From Alphaproteobacteria bacterium (lineage in GTDB: Bacteria; Pseudomonadota; Alphaproteobacteria; Puniceispirillales; UBA1172), in the NCBI GenBank assembly GCA_021296375.1, contig JAGWAQ010000002.1:1366-62690 (forward strand): a stretch of DNA of 61,325 nt. Direction: 5' to 3'. A model generated the notes under the pieces. The model searched no databases. It was not told the DNA's origin and was given only the letters and a program-made list of their open reading frames with translations. The translations under genes were made by a program, and so were the position numbers. Numbering within the stretch: the stretch's first letter is position 1; the number at the start of each line of letters is the position of its first letter. Below, one piece after another: positions 38,876 through 47,530 of the stretch.

Positions 38876-40951
38876 ATGACCGATAAAGACATGGCGGACG
38901 CAACGATGACCGAAGACACAGCAACGGGTGAACACATCCATATTGTCTTCACGCCATCAGGGCGGCAAGGCGAAGTTCCGTCGGGCACCACGGTCCTTCA
39001 GGCGGCGCGGACCCTTGGGGTGGATATCGACAGTGTTTGCGGTGGCCGCGCCATGTGCGGACGTTGTCAGGTGGTGGTTGGCGAAGGTGATTTCGCCAAA
39101 CACGGCATCCAGTCTTCCTCAGACAGCGTCACCCCGCAATCAAGGGTCGAGGATCGTTACGCCGAAAAGCGCGGGCTCAAGCCGGGCCGCCGCTTGTCCT
39201 GCCAGGCGGTGCTGAAATCTGATGTTGTGATTGACGTGCCCGCGGAATCCCAGGTTCATGACCAGGTTATTCGGAAAGCCGCGGATGACCGCGTCATTGA
39301 AATGGACGCCCCGACACGGCTCTGCTTTATCGAGGTGCGCGAGCCGGATATGCATGAACCGTCAGGTGACCTGCGGCGTGTTATCGAAGCCCTGCGTGAT
39401 CAATGGCCTGATCGCGTCGCTGAAGGTGAGATTACCGCCGATTTGCATGTCATGGTGGGGCTGCAGAAAGCTCTTCGTAAAGGCAATTGGCAAGTGACGG
39501 TTGCCCTGCGTGAAGGCGCGCGGATCATCGGTGTCTGGCCGGGGCTGAAGGAACAGGTCCTGGGGGCCGCGATCGACATTGGTTCGACCACCATGTCGGC
39601 CCATCTCTGTGACATGAATTCCGGCGCTGTCCTCGCCTCATCCGGCGCCATGAACCCCCAGATCCGTTTTGGCGAAGACCTGATGTCACGGGTATCCTAC
39701 GGGTTCATGAACGAAGGCGGGGCCGAGGAAATGACCGACGCCGTGCGCGCGGGTCTGCAGTCCCTGATGGAAGGGGCGGCGGAACAAGCCGGTCTGCCGG
39801 TTGATGATATTGTCGAAGTCGTGCTGGTCGGCAACCCTGTCATGCACCACCTCGTCCTCGGGATTGACCCGATTGAACTTGGGGGAGCGCCATTTGCCCT
39901 CGCCATGGATGAAAGTTTTGACACCCGCGCAAGTGAGCTTGACCTCAAGCTCCACCCCGGCGCCCGTGTCTATGTGTTGCCGTGCATTGCCGGTCACGTC
40001 GGGGCAGATGCCGCGGCGGTGGCGCTGGCGGAAAGCCCTGATCAATCCAGCGACATGACCCTGGTGGTGGATGTCGGCACCAATGCCGAGATTATTTGCG
40101 GCAATGCCTCCCGCCTGATGGCGGCATCATCCCCCACGGGGCCGGCCTTTGAAGGCGCGCAAATCTCAAGCGGTCAGCGCGCCGCGCCAGGGGCGATTGA
40201 ACGGATCCGCATTAACCCTGAAACCCTTGAGCCGCGCTACCGCGTCATCGGGGCGGAGCAATGGTCGGATGAAGACGGGTTTGACGCCGCCATCGAAGGC
40301 ACCGGCATCACCGGCATTTGCGGCTCCGGCATTATCGAAGTGCTGGGGGAGATGTACCTGGCGGGGATCATCACCGAAGATGGCGAGATCGACGGCAGTA
40401 AAGCCGCCGTCAGCCCCCGCATTGAAGAAGATGGCCGCACCTTTCGCTATCGTGTGTCGGATAACGTGACCGTCACCCAGAATGACGTTCGCGCCATCCA
40501 GTTGGCGAAAGCCGCGCTTTATGCCGGGTTCCGGCTGTTGATGGACAAGCTTGAGATCGAGCGCGTCGATAAAGTTGTGCTGGCGGGGGCTTTTGGCACT
40601 CATATTGAGCCGAAATACGCCATGGTGCTGGGGATGATCCCCGATTGCCTGTTCGACAACGTCAAGGCGGCGGGGAATTCCGCCGGTACCGGCGCGCGCA
40701 TCTGCCTGCTTAACCGTGGTCAGCGTCGCCGTGTCGAGGACATTGTCCGCAATATCGAGAAAATCGAAACCGCGATTGAACCGACGTTCCAGAACCATTT
40801 TGTCAAGGCGATGGCGATCCCTCATAAAACCGACCCTTACGAAATGCTCACCGCCGCGGTGGATTTGCCGGAACGGACCTTGGGGGTCGGGGAGCCGATG
40901 CTGGATGACCCAACGTCAGCGCGTCGCCGTGGCCGTCGCCGCCGGGGATAA
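38876..40951 (+). CDS. 2Fe-2S ferredoxin / ASKHA-ATPase reductive activator of corrinoid proteins (RACo/RamA-like)
   Basis: N-terminal plant-type ferredoxin CGGRAMCGRCQV...C. ASKHA phosphate motifs AIDIGSTT and VVDVGTNAEI. 691 aa, with an Arg-rich tail. Confidence 0.8.
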   Translation: MTDKDMADATMTEDTATGEHIHIVFTPSGRQGEVPSGTTVLQAARTLGVDIDSVCGGRAMCGRCQVVVGEGDFAKHGIQSSSDSVTPQSRVEDRYAEKRGLKPGRRLSCQAVLKSDVVIDVPAESQVHDQVIRKAADDRVIEMDAPTRLCFIEVREPDMHEPSGDLRRVIEALRDQWPDRVAEGEITADLHVMVGLQKALRKGNWQVTVALREGARIIGVWPGLKEQVLGAAIDIGSTTMSAHLCDMNSGAVLASSGAMNPQIRFGEDLMSRVSYGFMNEGGAEEMTDAVRAGLQSLMEGAAEQAGLPVDDIVEVVLVGNPVMHHLVLGIDPIELGGAPFALAMDESFDTRASELDLKLHPGARVYVLPCIAGHVGADAAAVALAESPDQSSDMTLVVDVGTNAEIICGNASRLMAASSPTGPAFEGAQISSGQRAAPGAIERIRINPETLEPRYRVIGAEQWSDEDGFDAAIEGTGITGICGSGIIEVLGEMYLAGIITEDGEIDGSKAAVSPRIEEDGRTFRYRVSDNVTVTQNDVRAIQLAKAALYAGFRLLMDKLEIERVDKVVLAGAFGTHIEPKYAMVLGMIPDCLFDNVKAAGNSAGTGARICLLNRGQRRRVEDIVRNIEKIETAIEPTFQNHFVKAMAIPHKTDPYEMLTAAVDLPERTLGVGEPMLDDPTSARRRGRRRRG

Positions 40952-40961
40952 GAGCACGGAA

Positions 40962-41402
40962 TTAATTCGCGTCGTCTTGCCAGACTCCTTTTTCCTTCAG
41001 GACATCCGCGACTTCTTTCGGCATATAGCTTTCATCATGTTTGGCCAGAATAACATCAGCCTCAAATGACGTGCCGTCATAGCGGCCCTCGGCAATAATC
41101 CCCTGTCCTTCGCGGAACAGATCGGGCAGGATGCCGGTGTAAAAAATAGCGACGGTGGCGTCACCATCGGTGACGCTGAAACGGGCGGAATCCCCGTTGC
41201 GCTCAACAGACCCATCGACCACCAGACCGCCAACACGTATCCGCCGCCCATCCAGCGGCTTTTCCGCCAGCTCGCCCGGGCCATAGAAATAGACGACATT
41301 GTCTTCAAGGGCGGTTAACGTCAGGACAGTCGCCAGCCCCAGCACCGCCGCCATGGCCAGCAGGCCGAGCCCGCGCTGGGCTTTGGGGGTGAGTTTCGCC
41401 AT
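40962..41402 (-). CDS. ccmE: cytochrome c heme chaperone CcmE
   Basis: N-terminal TM anchor, OB domain, and a heme-binding His region VILAKHDESYMPKEV. Confidence 0.88.
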   Translation of the reverse strand: MAKLTPKAQRGLGLLAMAAVLGLATVLTLTALEDNVVYFYGPGELAEKPLDGRRIRVGGLVVDGSVERNGDSARFSVTDGDATVAIFYTGILPDLFREGQGIIAEGRYDGTSFEADVILAKHDESYMPKEVADVLKEKGVWQDDAN

Positions 41403-41551
41403 CAGTTGTCGCTTTCCGCCGCCAGTTGGGCGTTCATGGCGCGCGATTGACGGGCGCTGATGATGGTGATGACAAGCATCACCCCAACGCCGATCCCCCA
41501 GGCCGGCCAGATGAACCCGGCGTAACCGCCCATATTCAGGAACTCAGCCAT
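41402..41551 (-). CDS. ccmD: heme exporter protein CcmD
   Basis: From ATG 41551: MAEFLNMGGYAGFIWPAWGIGVGVMLVITIISARQ. Single TM helix. Overlaps ccmC and ccmE. Confidence 0.75.
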   Translation of the reverse strand: MAEFLNMGGYAGFIWPAWGIGVGVMLVITIISARQSRAMNAQLAAESDN

Positions 41552-42281
41552 GGGCGCGCCCTCGCATGGCCAGCAATCGACGGTGGCCCAGTTGCGTGCG
41601 CATCCGCATGATGGTGATGCCAATAAACCAGGCGAGGGCCGCCAGGGCCATCAGGAAAAGCGGCACCAGCATCGTGCTGTCGATCAGCGGCCCCCCTGAA
41701 CGGAAGACACTGGCGCCCTGGTGCAGGGTGTTCCACCAATCGACGGAAAACTTGATGATGGGGATGTTGACGGCGCCGATCAGCAGCAGAACAGACCCCG
41801 CCTTGCCGCCGCGGTCATCACGGTCGAAACTGTCCACCAGCACCATATAGCCGATGTAGAGAAACAGCAGGATCAGCATCGAGGTCAAGCGAGCGTCCCA
41901 GACCCACCATGTCCCCCACATGGGGCGTCCCCAGAGCGACCCGGTGATCAGGCAGATGAGGGCAAAGCCAGCGCCGGGCAGGGCCATGGCGCGGGCGGCG
42001 ATATCCGCCAGCGGATGCTTCCAGACCAGATAGAACACCGCCATCACCGCCATGCCGCAATAGGCCATTAACGCCATCCAGGCGGACGGCACATGGATAT
42101 ACATGATGCGGACGGTCTCCCCTTGCTGGTAATCAGCGGGAGAGTTGAAAAACGCGAAATACAGACCCGCCGCCAACGACACGGCAAACACCATCCAGGC
42201 AATGGGGCTGATGATCAGCGCAAGACGCTGGAAACGCGCAGGGTTGGCGAGATAGTCAAACATACCCATCTTATAAACCAA
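41544..42281 (-). CDS. ccmC: heme exporter protein CcmC
   Basis: Trp-rich motif WGRPMWGTWWVWDARLTS. 6 TM helices. Confidence 0.9.
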   Translation of the reverse strand: MVYKMGMFDYLANPARFQRLALIISPIAWMVFAVSLAAGLYFAFFNSPADYQQGETVRIMYIHVPSAWMALMAYCGMAVMAVFYLVWKHPLADIAARAMALPGAGFALICLITGSLWGRPMWGTWWVWDARLTSMLILLFLYIGYMVLVDSFDRDDRGGKAGSVLLLIGAVNIPIIKFSVDWWNTLHQGASVFRSGGPLIDSTMLVPLFLMALAALAWFIGITIMRMRTQLGHRRLLAMRGRAHG

Positions 42282-42407
42282 GCCATGGGGCAGGTGAAGG
42301 GTAATGCGGCAAGATGCCCTTATGCGATCGGGCTATTTTGGCAAAATCACCCTTGCCATGACGGGGGAGAGGCGGGATAACGATATCACCACCAATGGAG
42401 ACGTTTC

Positions 42408-42794
42408 ATGGCCCCGATCAAACTGATTTTCACCGCCCTTATCATGGTGGTGATGACCGCTGTTACCGCCCAGGCTGGCGATGCCGCGAAAGGCGAAAAA
42501 GTATTCAAACGCTGCAAGGCGTGCCATTACGTCGACAAGGATAAAAACAAGACCGGCCCGAGCTTGCTTAATGTCATGGGCCGCACGGCAGGTGGTCTTG
42601 AAAGCTACACGAAATATTCAAAAGCCATGGTCGCCGCCGGTGAAGGCGGGCTGATCTGGGATGACGCCAGCATGACCGAATATCTGCGCAAGCCAAAAGC
42701 CTTCATCAAAGGCACCAAGATGGCGTTTGCCGGGCTCAAGAAAGATGACCAGATCGCCGATGTCATCGCTTATCTTTACCAGTTTTCGGAATAA
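42408..42794 (+). CDS. class I soluble cytochrome c (c2/c550-like)
   Basis: Signal peptide, GDAAKGEKVFKRCKACH heme site, distal KMAF Met region. Confidence 0.88.
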   Translation: MAPIKLIFTALIMVVMTAVTAQAGDAAKGEKVFKRCKACHYVDKDKNKTGPSLLNVMGRTAGGLESYTKYSKAMVAAGEGGLIWDDASMTEYLRKPKAFIKGTKMAFAGLKKDDQIADVIAYLYQFSE

Positions 42795-42796
42795 CG

Positions 42797-43465
42797 CTAT
42801 TCCGCCGCGTGACGCAGGCTGATGGCCGCCGCTGGCGGCGCTAACGCCAGCATCATGAGGGTGATCGCCGCCAGCAGGGTGAGGGCGGTGGCGGCGTTAT
42901 CGCCGGTCATGGCGGCGGCGGAGGCGGCGGTGCCAAAAATCAGGATCGGCATCGCCAGCGGCAGAATCAAGATCGCCATCAGCACCCCGCCACGTTTGGC
43001 CCCCAGCACCAGTGCCGCCGCCGCTATTCCCAGCAGCAGCAGCCCCAGGGTCCCCAGCGCCAGCGCCAGCATCACCGTCGTGATGGCGGTTGTCGGCAGG
43101 CCCAGCATCATCCCCATCAAGGGCGAGGCCAGCACCAGCGGCAGGCCAATGCTGATCCAGGCGGCAATGGCTTTGCCCAGCACCAGCAGGGGCAAGGGGT
43201 GGGGCGTCATCAGCAGGTGATCAATCCCCCCTTCCGCCGCGTCGACGGCAAACAGTCGTTCCATTTGCGGCACGGTGGCCAGCAAGGCGGCGATCCACAG
43301 GACGGCTGGCGCGATCAAGGCAAGACTGGCGGGGTCAGGCCCCAGGGCCAGCGGCACCAGCGCGATGATCATGGTGAAAAAGCTCAAACCCGCGATGACA
43401 TCAGAAAGCCCCCGCCAGCTCAAGGTCAGGTCACGGCGGATGATCGCCAGAACAGCGCCGATCAT
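42797..43465 (-). CDS. ccmB: heme exporter permease CcmB
   Basis: 222-aa, 6-TM ORF. 4-nt overlap with ccmA. Confidence 0.85.
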   Translation of the reverse strand: MIGAVLAIIRRDLTLSWRGLSDVIAGLSFFTMIIALVPLALGPDPASLALIAPAVLWIAALLATVPQMERLFAVDAAEGGIDHLLMTPHPLPLLVLGKAIAAWISIGLPLVLASPLMGMMLGLPTTAITTVMLALALGTLGLLLLGIAAAALVLGAKRGGVLMAILILPLAMPILIFGTAASAAAMTGDNAATALTLLAAITLMMLALAPPAAAISLRHAAE

Positions 43466-44160
43466 GACGCCACCTCAAGCGAATGGACGCTATTCTCCCT
43501 CGCCGCGGTGTCAAGGTTAAGGTGGCGGGCGCGATCAAGGGCGATGTCCGCATGGGTGGTCATGACCACACTGCCACCGGCGGCGGTATGGGCGTTGATG
43601 AGCCGCGCCAGCAGGGCGGCGGCGGCGCTATCAATCGCGGTCAGGGGTTCATCCATCAGCCACAGGCTTTGGGTCGCCCTGTGACGATTGAGTTGATGGT
43701 CGAGCGCCAGCCGCACCAGCCCGACGCGCTTGCGCTGGCCTTCGGATAAATGGCGGGTTTCGCTGGCCATGAGATGAACGATGCCAAGGGCATCAAAAGC
43801 CTCGGTGAGCTGGTCAGGCGTGGCGTTCATGCCGCGGCAGGTGGCCCAGAAACGGATGTTTTCAGCCGCCGTCAAGCCGCTCGACAAGCCGTCGCGATGA
43901 CCGATGTAAATCATGTCGTCTTTATCGGTGAGGGGGTCTTCCCCGGCTGGCCGGCCATTGATCAAGATGGTCCCCTGATCAACAGGCAGCAGCCCCGCCA
44001 ATCCCCTCAAGAGGCTGGTCTTGCCGGAGCCATTGGCGCCAGTGACCAGCAATGCCGTTCCCTGGGCGAGCGTAAACACCATCCCGCTGATGATGGTGGC
44101 GCTTGCGCGGCGAACCGTCAGGTGCTGAACGTCAAGGGTGATGTGATCTGGCGAAGTCAT
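43462..44160 (-). CDS. ccmA: heme exporter ATPase CcmA
   Basis: Walker A GANGSGKTS, signature LSEGQRKR, Walker B LWLMDEP. Confidence 0.88.
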   Translation of the reverse strand: MTSPDHITLDVQHLTVRRASATIISGMVFTLAQGTALLVTGANGSGKTSLLRGLAGLLPVDQGTILINGRPAGEDPLTDKDDMIYIGHRDGLSSGLTAAENIRFWATCRGMNATPDQLTEAFDALGIVHLMASETRHLSEGQRKRVGLVRLALDHQLNRHRATQSLWLMDEPLTAIDSAAAALLARLINAHTAAGGSVVMTTHADIALDRARHLNLDTAARENSVHSLEVAS

Positions 44161-44370
44161 GGGACAGTTTTACCTGTTCTTGGCGGTCAAAACCATGGAA
44201 AACATCGTCGAGTTTTGGTGATGACCATCCCCCCGCGGTTGAAATCCCGATGGATTTAGGGTACAAGAAAACCTCCAAGACTGGATTAGGGGCGCACCCC
44301 TACTAGCCGCTGGTTTCCCCTGTTGAAAGCATCTTAGTGTGCTGATTACGTAATGAACACGTCTGCCCTT

Positions 44371-44456
44371 AAAACAGGCCGGCCCCTTATAAAAGATCGA
44401 CCCTTAAAAAAGGTCGACCCCTAAAACAGGTCGACCCCTATAAAAGGTCGACGAGG
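44371..44456. repeat. five tandem 17-bp units, each centred on a GGTCGACC-type palindrome, about 95 bp upstream of acnB
   Basis: aaaacaggccggcccctt / ataaaagatcgaccctt / aaaaaaggtcgacccct / aaaacaggtcgacccct / ataaaaggtcgacgagg. Confidence 0.9.
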
Positions 44457-44475
44457 CGTCAAAAGCCTGCTTTAA

Positions 44476-44516
44476 CGGATCAGCCCCGATGGATCATCCT
44501 CGCTGGATCATCCTGA
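44476..44516. repeat. 14-bp unit x3 (cggatcagcccc.., tggatcatcctc.., tggatcatcctg) in the acnB leader
   Basis: tggatcatcct occurs at 44490-44500 and 44504-44514. A degenerate copy lies 14 bp upstream. Confidence 0.8.
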
Positions 44517-44549
44517 GGGGGTGGTGAGGACAAATCCAAGAGGAATATC

Positions 44550-47342
44550 ATGAGCTTATACGCATCCTATCTCGATGAAATCGAAAACCGCAAAACCCAG
44601 GGTCTTCAGCCGAAGCCTATTGATGATGGCGCGCTGCTGACCGAAGTGATCGCACATATCAAGGATGCGGCCAGCCCTGATCGTGCCGATTGCCTTCATC
44701 ACCTGATCTACAACACCTTGCCGGGCACCACCAGTGCCGCGGGCGTCAAGGCGGCTTTTCTGGGTGATATCATCACCGGCACCATCGCGATTGAGGAAAT
44801 CACCACGGCGTTTGCGTTTGAGCTGCTGTCCCATATGAAGGGGGGGCCGTCCATCAAGGTTCTGCTCGATATCGCGCTCGGGGATGATGCCGAAAACGCC
44901 AAAGCGGCGGCGGATGTCCTGAAGACTCAGGTGTTCCTCTATGATGCCGATACCTCGCGCCTCAAGGACGCCTATCATGACGGCAATGCGATTGCCAAAG
45001 ATATCCTGGAAAGCTACGCCAAGGCGGAGTTCTTCACGACCCTGCCCGATATCCCGCAAAAGGTTAAGGTCGTCACCTATGTCGCCGCTGAAGGTGATAT
45101 TTCAACCGATCTTCTGTCCCCGGGCAATCAGGCGCATTCGCGTTCCGACCGTGAGCTGCATGGCAAATGCATGATCTCCGAACGCGCCCAGGCTGAAATC
45201 CAGGCCCTGAAACTCCAGCACCCGGACAAGCAGGTCATGCTGATCGCTGAAAAAGGCACCATGGGCGTCGGCTCATCCCGCATGTCAGGGGTTAATAACG
45301 TCGCGCTCTGGACAGGCAAGCCCGCCAGCCCTTATGTGCCGTTCGTCAATATTGCGCCGATCGTGGCGGGGACAAATGGCATTTCCCCGATTTTCCTGAC
45401 CACCGTCGGCGTCACCGGCGGGATCGGGATTGACCTTAAAAACTGGGTCAAGAAGCTCGACGCCGATGGCAAGCCGATCCTCAACAATGATGGCAACCCT
45501 GTGCTGGACCAGAAATATTCGGTCGAAACCGGCACCGTGCTGACGATCAACACCAAAGACAAGAAACTCTACAGCGAAAACGAAGACGAAGAGCTGGTCG
45601 ATGTGGCGGCGTCGTTCTCCCCTCAAAAGGTGGAGTTCATCAAAGCCGGCGGTTCCTACGCCATTGTCTTTGGCAAGAAGCTGCAAAGCTTTGCCTGTGA
45701 AACCCTCGGGGTTGAGCTGAAATCCGCCTTCGCGCCATCCAAGGAAATCTCCCATGACGGGCAGGGGCTGACGGCGGTTGAAAAAATCTTTAACGCCAAT
45801 GCCGTCGGGGTCTCAACGGACAAGGCGCTGCATGCCGGTTCAGATGTTCGGGTTAAGGTGAATATCGTTGGCTCCCAGGACACGACGGGGCTGATGACCT
45901 CCCAGGAACTTGAGGCGATGGCCGCCACCGTCATCTCGCCAACCGTCGATGGCGCTTATCAATCGGGGTGCCATACGGCGTCGGTCTGGGATTTCAAGGC
46001 GCAGGAAAACACCCCTCGTCTGATGGAATTCATGCACAAGTTCGGGCTGATCACCGCCCGTGACCCGAAAGACGTCTACCATTCCATGACTGATGTGATT
46101 CACAAGGTCTTGAATGACATCACCGTCGACGACTGGTCGATCATCATCGGGGGGGATTCCCACACCCGCATGTCAAAAGGCGTGGCCTTCGGGGCGGATT
46201 CCGGCACCGTGGCGCTGGCCTTGGCCACCGGTGAGGCGACCATGCCTATCCCTGAATCCGTCAAGGTGACCTTCAAGGGCAAGATGGGCGAGCATATGGA
46301 TTTCCGTGATGTCGTTCACGCCACCCAGGCGCAGATGCTCCAGCAATTCGGGGACAACATCTTCCAGGGGCGGATCATCGAAGTGCATATCGGCACTTTG
46401 CTGGCTGATCAGGCCTTCACCTTCACCGACTGGACGGCGGAAATGAAGGCCAAAGCCTCGATCTGTATTTCCGAGGACGCGACCCTGATTGAATCCCTGA
46501 AGATCGCCCGCAATCGTATCCAGGTCATGATCGACAAGGGCATGGATAACGACAATCAAATGCTGAAAGGGCTGATCGAGATCGCCACCACCCGCATTGA
46601 GGAGATCACTTCCGGCACGAAACCGGCGCTGGCGCCTGACGACAACGCCAGGTATTTTGCTGAAGTGGTGGTTGATCTTGACGCGATTGACGAGCCGATG
46701 ATCGCTGACCCTGATGTCAATAACGCTGATATTTCAAAGCGTTATACCCATGACACTATCCGCCCGATTTCCTTCTACATGGCGGAAAAGAAAGTCGATC
46801 TTGGTTTTGTCGGCTCGTGCATGGTGCATAAGGGGGACGTGAAGATCGTCGCCCAGATGCTCCGCAATCTGGAAAAATCCTCCGGCAAGGTTGAGTTCAA
46901 CGCGCCGCTGGTGGTGGCCGCCCCGACCTACAATATTATCGATGAGCTGAAGGAAGAGGGCGATTGGGCGATCCTGCAGAAATACTCCGGCTTTGAATTT
47001 GACGACGCCGCCCCGAAGCAGAACTCGCGCACGGAATACGACAACATCGTTTACCTCGAACGCCCGGGCTGCAACCTCTGCATGGGCAACCAGGAAAAAG
47101 CCGCCAAGGGCGACACCGTGATGGCGACCTCAACTCGCCTGTTCAAGGGACGCGTGGTGGAGGATTCCGACACCAAGAAAGGCGAAAGCCTGCTGGCGTC
47201 AACGCCGGTGGTGGTGCTGTCGGCGATTCTGGGACGGACGCCAACGCTGGAGGAATACAAAACAGCGGTGGAAGGCATCGACCTGACGAAATTCGCCCCG
47301 CCAGTGGAAAAGCCCGCCACCACCATGTCGGCGCATTTCTAG
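44550..47342 (+). CDS. acnB: aconitate hydratase B (AcnB-type, long form)
   Basis: 930-aa ORF. The N-terminal YLDEIENRKTQGLQPKPIDDGALL..., the HEAT-like plus swivel layout, IGGDSHTR, GFVGSCM and PGCNLCMGNQ cluster-Cys motifs are all AcnB-like. SD aagagga. Confidence 0.85.
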   Translation: MSLYASYLDEIENRKTQGLQPKPIDDGALLTEVIAHIKDAASPDRADCLHHLIYNTLPGTTSAAGVKAAFLGDIITGTIAIEEITTAFAFELLSHMKGGPSIKVLLDIALGDDAENAKAAADVLKTQVFLYDADTSRLKDAYHDGNAIAKDILESYAKAEFFTTLPDIPQKVKVVTYVAAEGDISTDLLSPGNQAHSRSDRELHGKCMISERAQAEIQALKLQHPDKQVMLIAEKGTMGVGSSRMSGVNNVALWTGKPASPYVPFVNIAPIVAGTNGISPIFLTTVGVTGGIGIDLKNWVKKLDADGKPILNNDGNPVLDQKYSVETGTVLTINTKDKKLYSENEDEELVDVAASFSPQKVEFIKAGGSYAIVFGKKLQSFACETLGVELKSAFAPSKEISHDGQGLTAVEKIFNANAVGVSTDKALHAGSDVRVKVNIVGSQDTTGLMTSQELEAMAATVISPTVDGAYQSGCHTASVWDFKAQENTPRLMEFMHKFGLITARDPKDVYHSMTDVIHKVLNDITVDDWSIIIGGDSHTRMSKGVAFGADSGTVALALATGEATMPIPESVKVTFKGKMGEHMDFRDVVHATQAQMLQQFGDNIFQGRIIEVHIGTLLADQAFTFTDWTAEMKAKASICISEDATLIESLKIARNRIQVMIDKGMDNDNQMLKGLIEIATTRIEEITSGTKPALAPDDNARYFAEVVVDLDAIDEPMIADPDVNNADISKRYTHDTIRPISFYMAEKKVDLGFVGSCMVHKGDVKIVAQMLRNLEKSSGKVEFNAPLVVAAPTYNIIDELKEEGDWAILQKYSGFEFDDAAPKQNSRTEYDNIVYLERPGCNLCMGNQEKAAKGDTVMATSTRLFKGRVVEDSDTKKGESLLASTPVVVLSAILGRTPTLEEYKTAVEGIDLTKFAPPVEKPATTMSAHF

Positions 47343-47364
47343 TCTTGTGAATTCCAACATTTTG

Positions 47365-47392
47365 AAAAGGGCCCTTACGGGGCCCTTTTTTA
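47365..47392 (+). terminator. rho-independent terminator of acnB
   Basis: aaaa-GGGCCC-ttacg-GGGCCC-tttttt. Confidence 0.8.
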
Positions 47393-47462
47393 GTTCAGTG
47401 CGTTTTAGTTCAGTGCGTTTTAGTGCAGGCCGTTTTAGTGCGGGCCGTTTTAGTGCGGGCCG
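47388..47462. repeat. five tandem 15-bp units (ttttagttcagtgcg x2, ttttagtgcaggccg, ttttagtgcgggccg x2) between acnB and the helicase gene
   Basis: Direct reading. The array starts within the terminator T-run. Confidence 0.9.
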
Positions 47463-47530
47463 TGTCATCAAGCTGCTTTTCATGGGCGGCGGGGTGGTGC
47501 ATAATCCAGTTGTTTTAACGCGAGCCCGTC

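Noticed and set aside
42330-42400. TGGCAA-N8-TTGCCA in the ccmC / cytochrome c spacer considered as a sigma-54 promoter.
   Set aside because: The GG-to-GC spacing is about 15 nt instead of the required 12, so it is just a 6-bp inverted repeat.
44550-47342. AcnB is about 65 aa longer than the E. coli enzyme, so a fusion or insertion was considered.
   Set aside because: The extra length is distributed in the swivel/linker region, no foreign domain is recognisable, and all Fe-S ligand motifs are intact. It is probably a lineage-specific long form.
47388-47462. The units begin with GTTTTAG, reminiscent of CRISPR repeat 5' ends, so a degenerate CRISPR array was considered.
   Set aside because: The units are only 15 bp and directly abut each other with no spacers. 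No cas genes are present in the window.
47199-47483. 94-aa minus-strand ORF containing RPALKRPALKRPALKRTELKRTELKK.
   Set aside because: The peptide repeats are just the translation of the 15-bp DNA array. The ORF overlaps the acnB 3' end and terminator and has no plausible start context.
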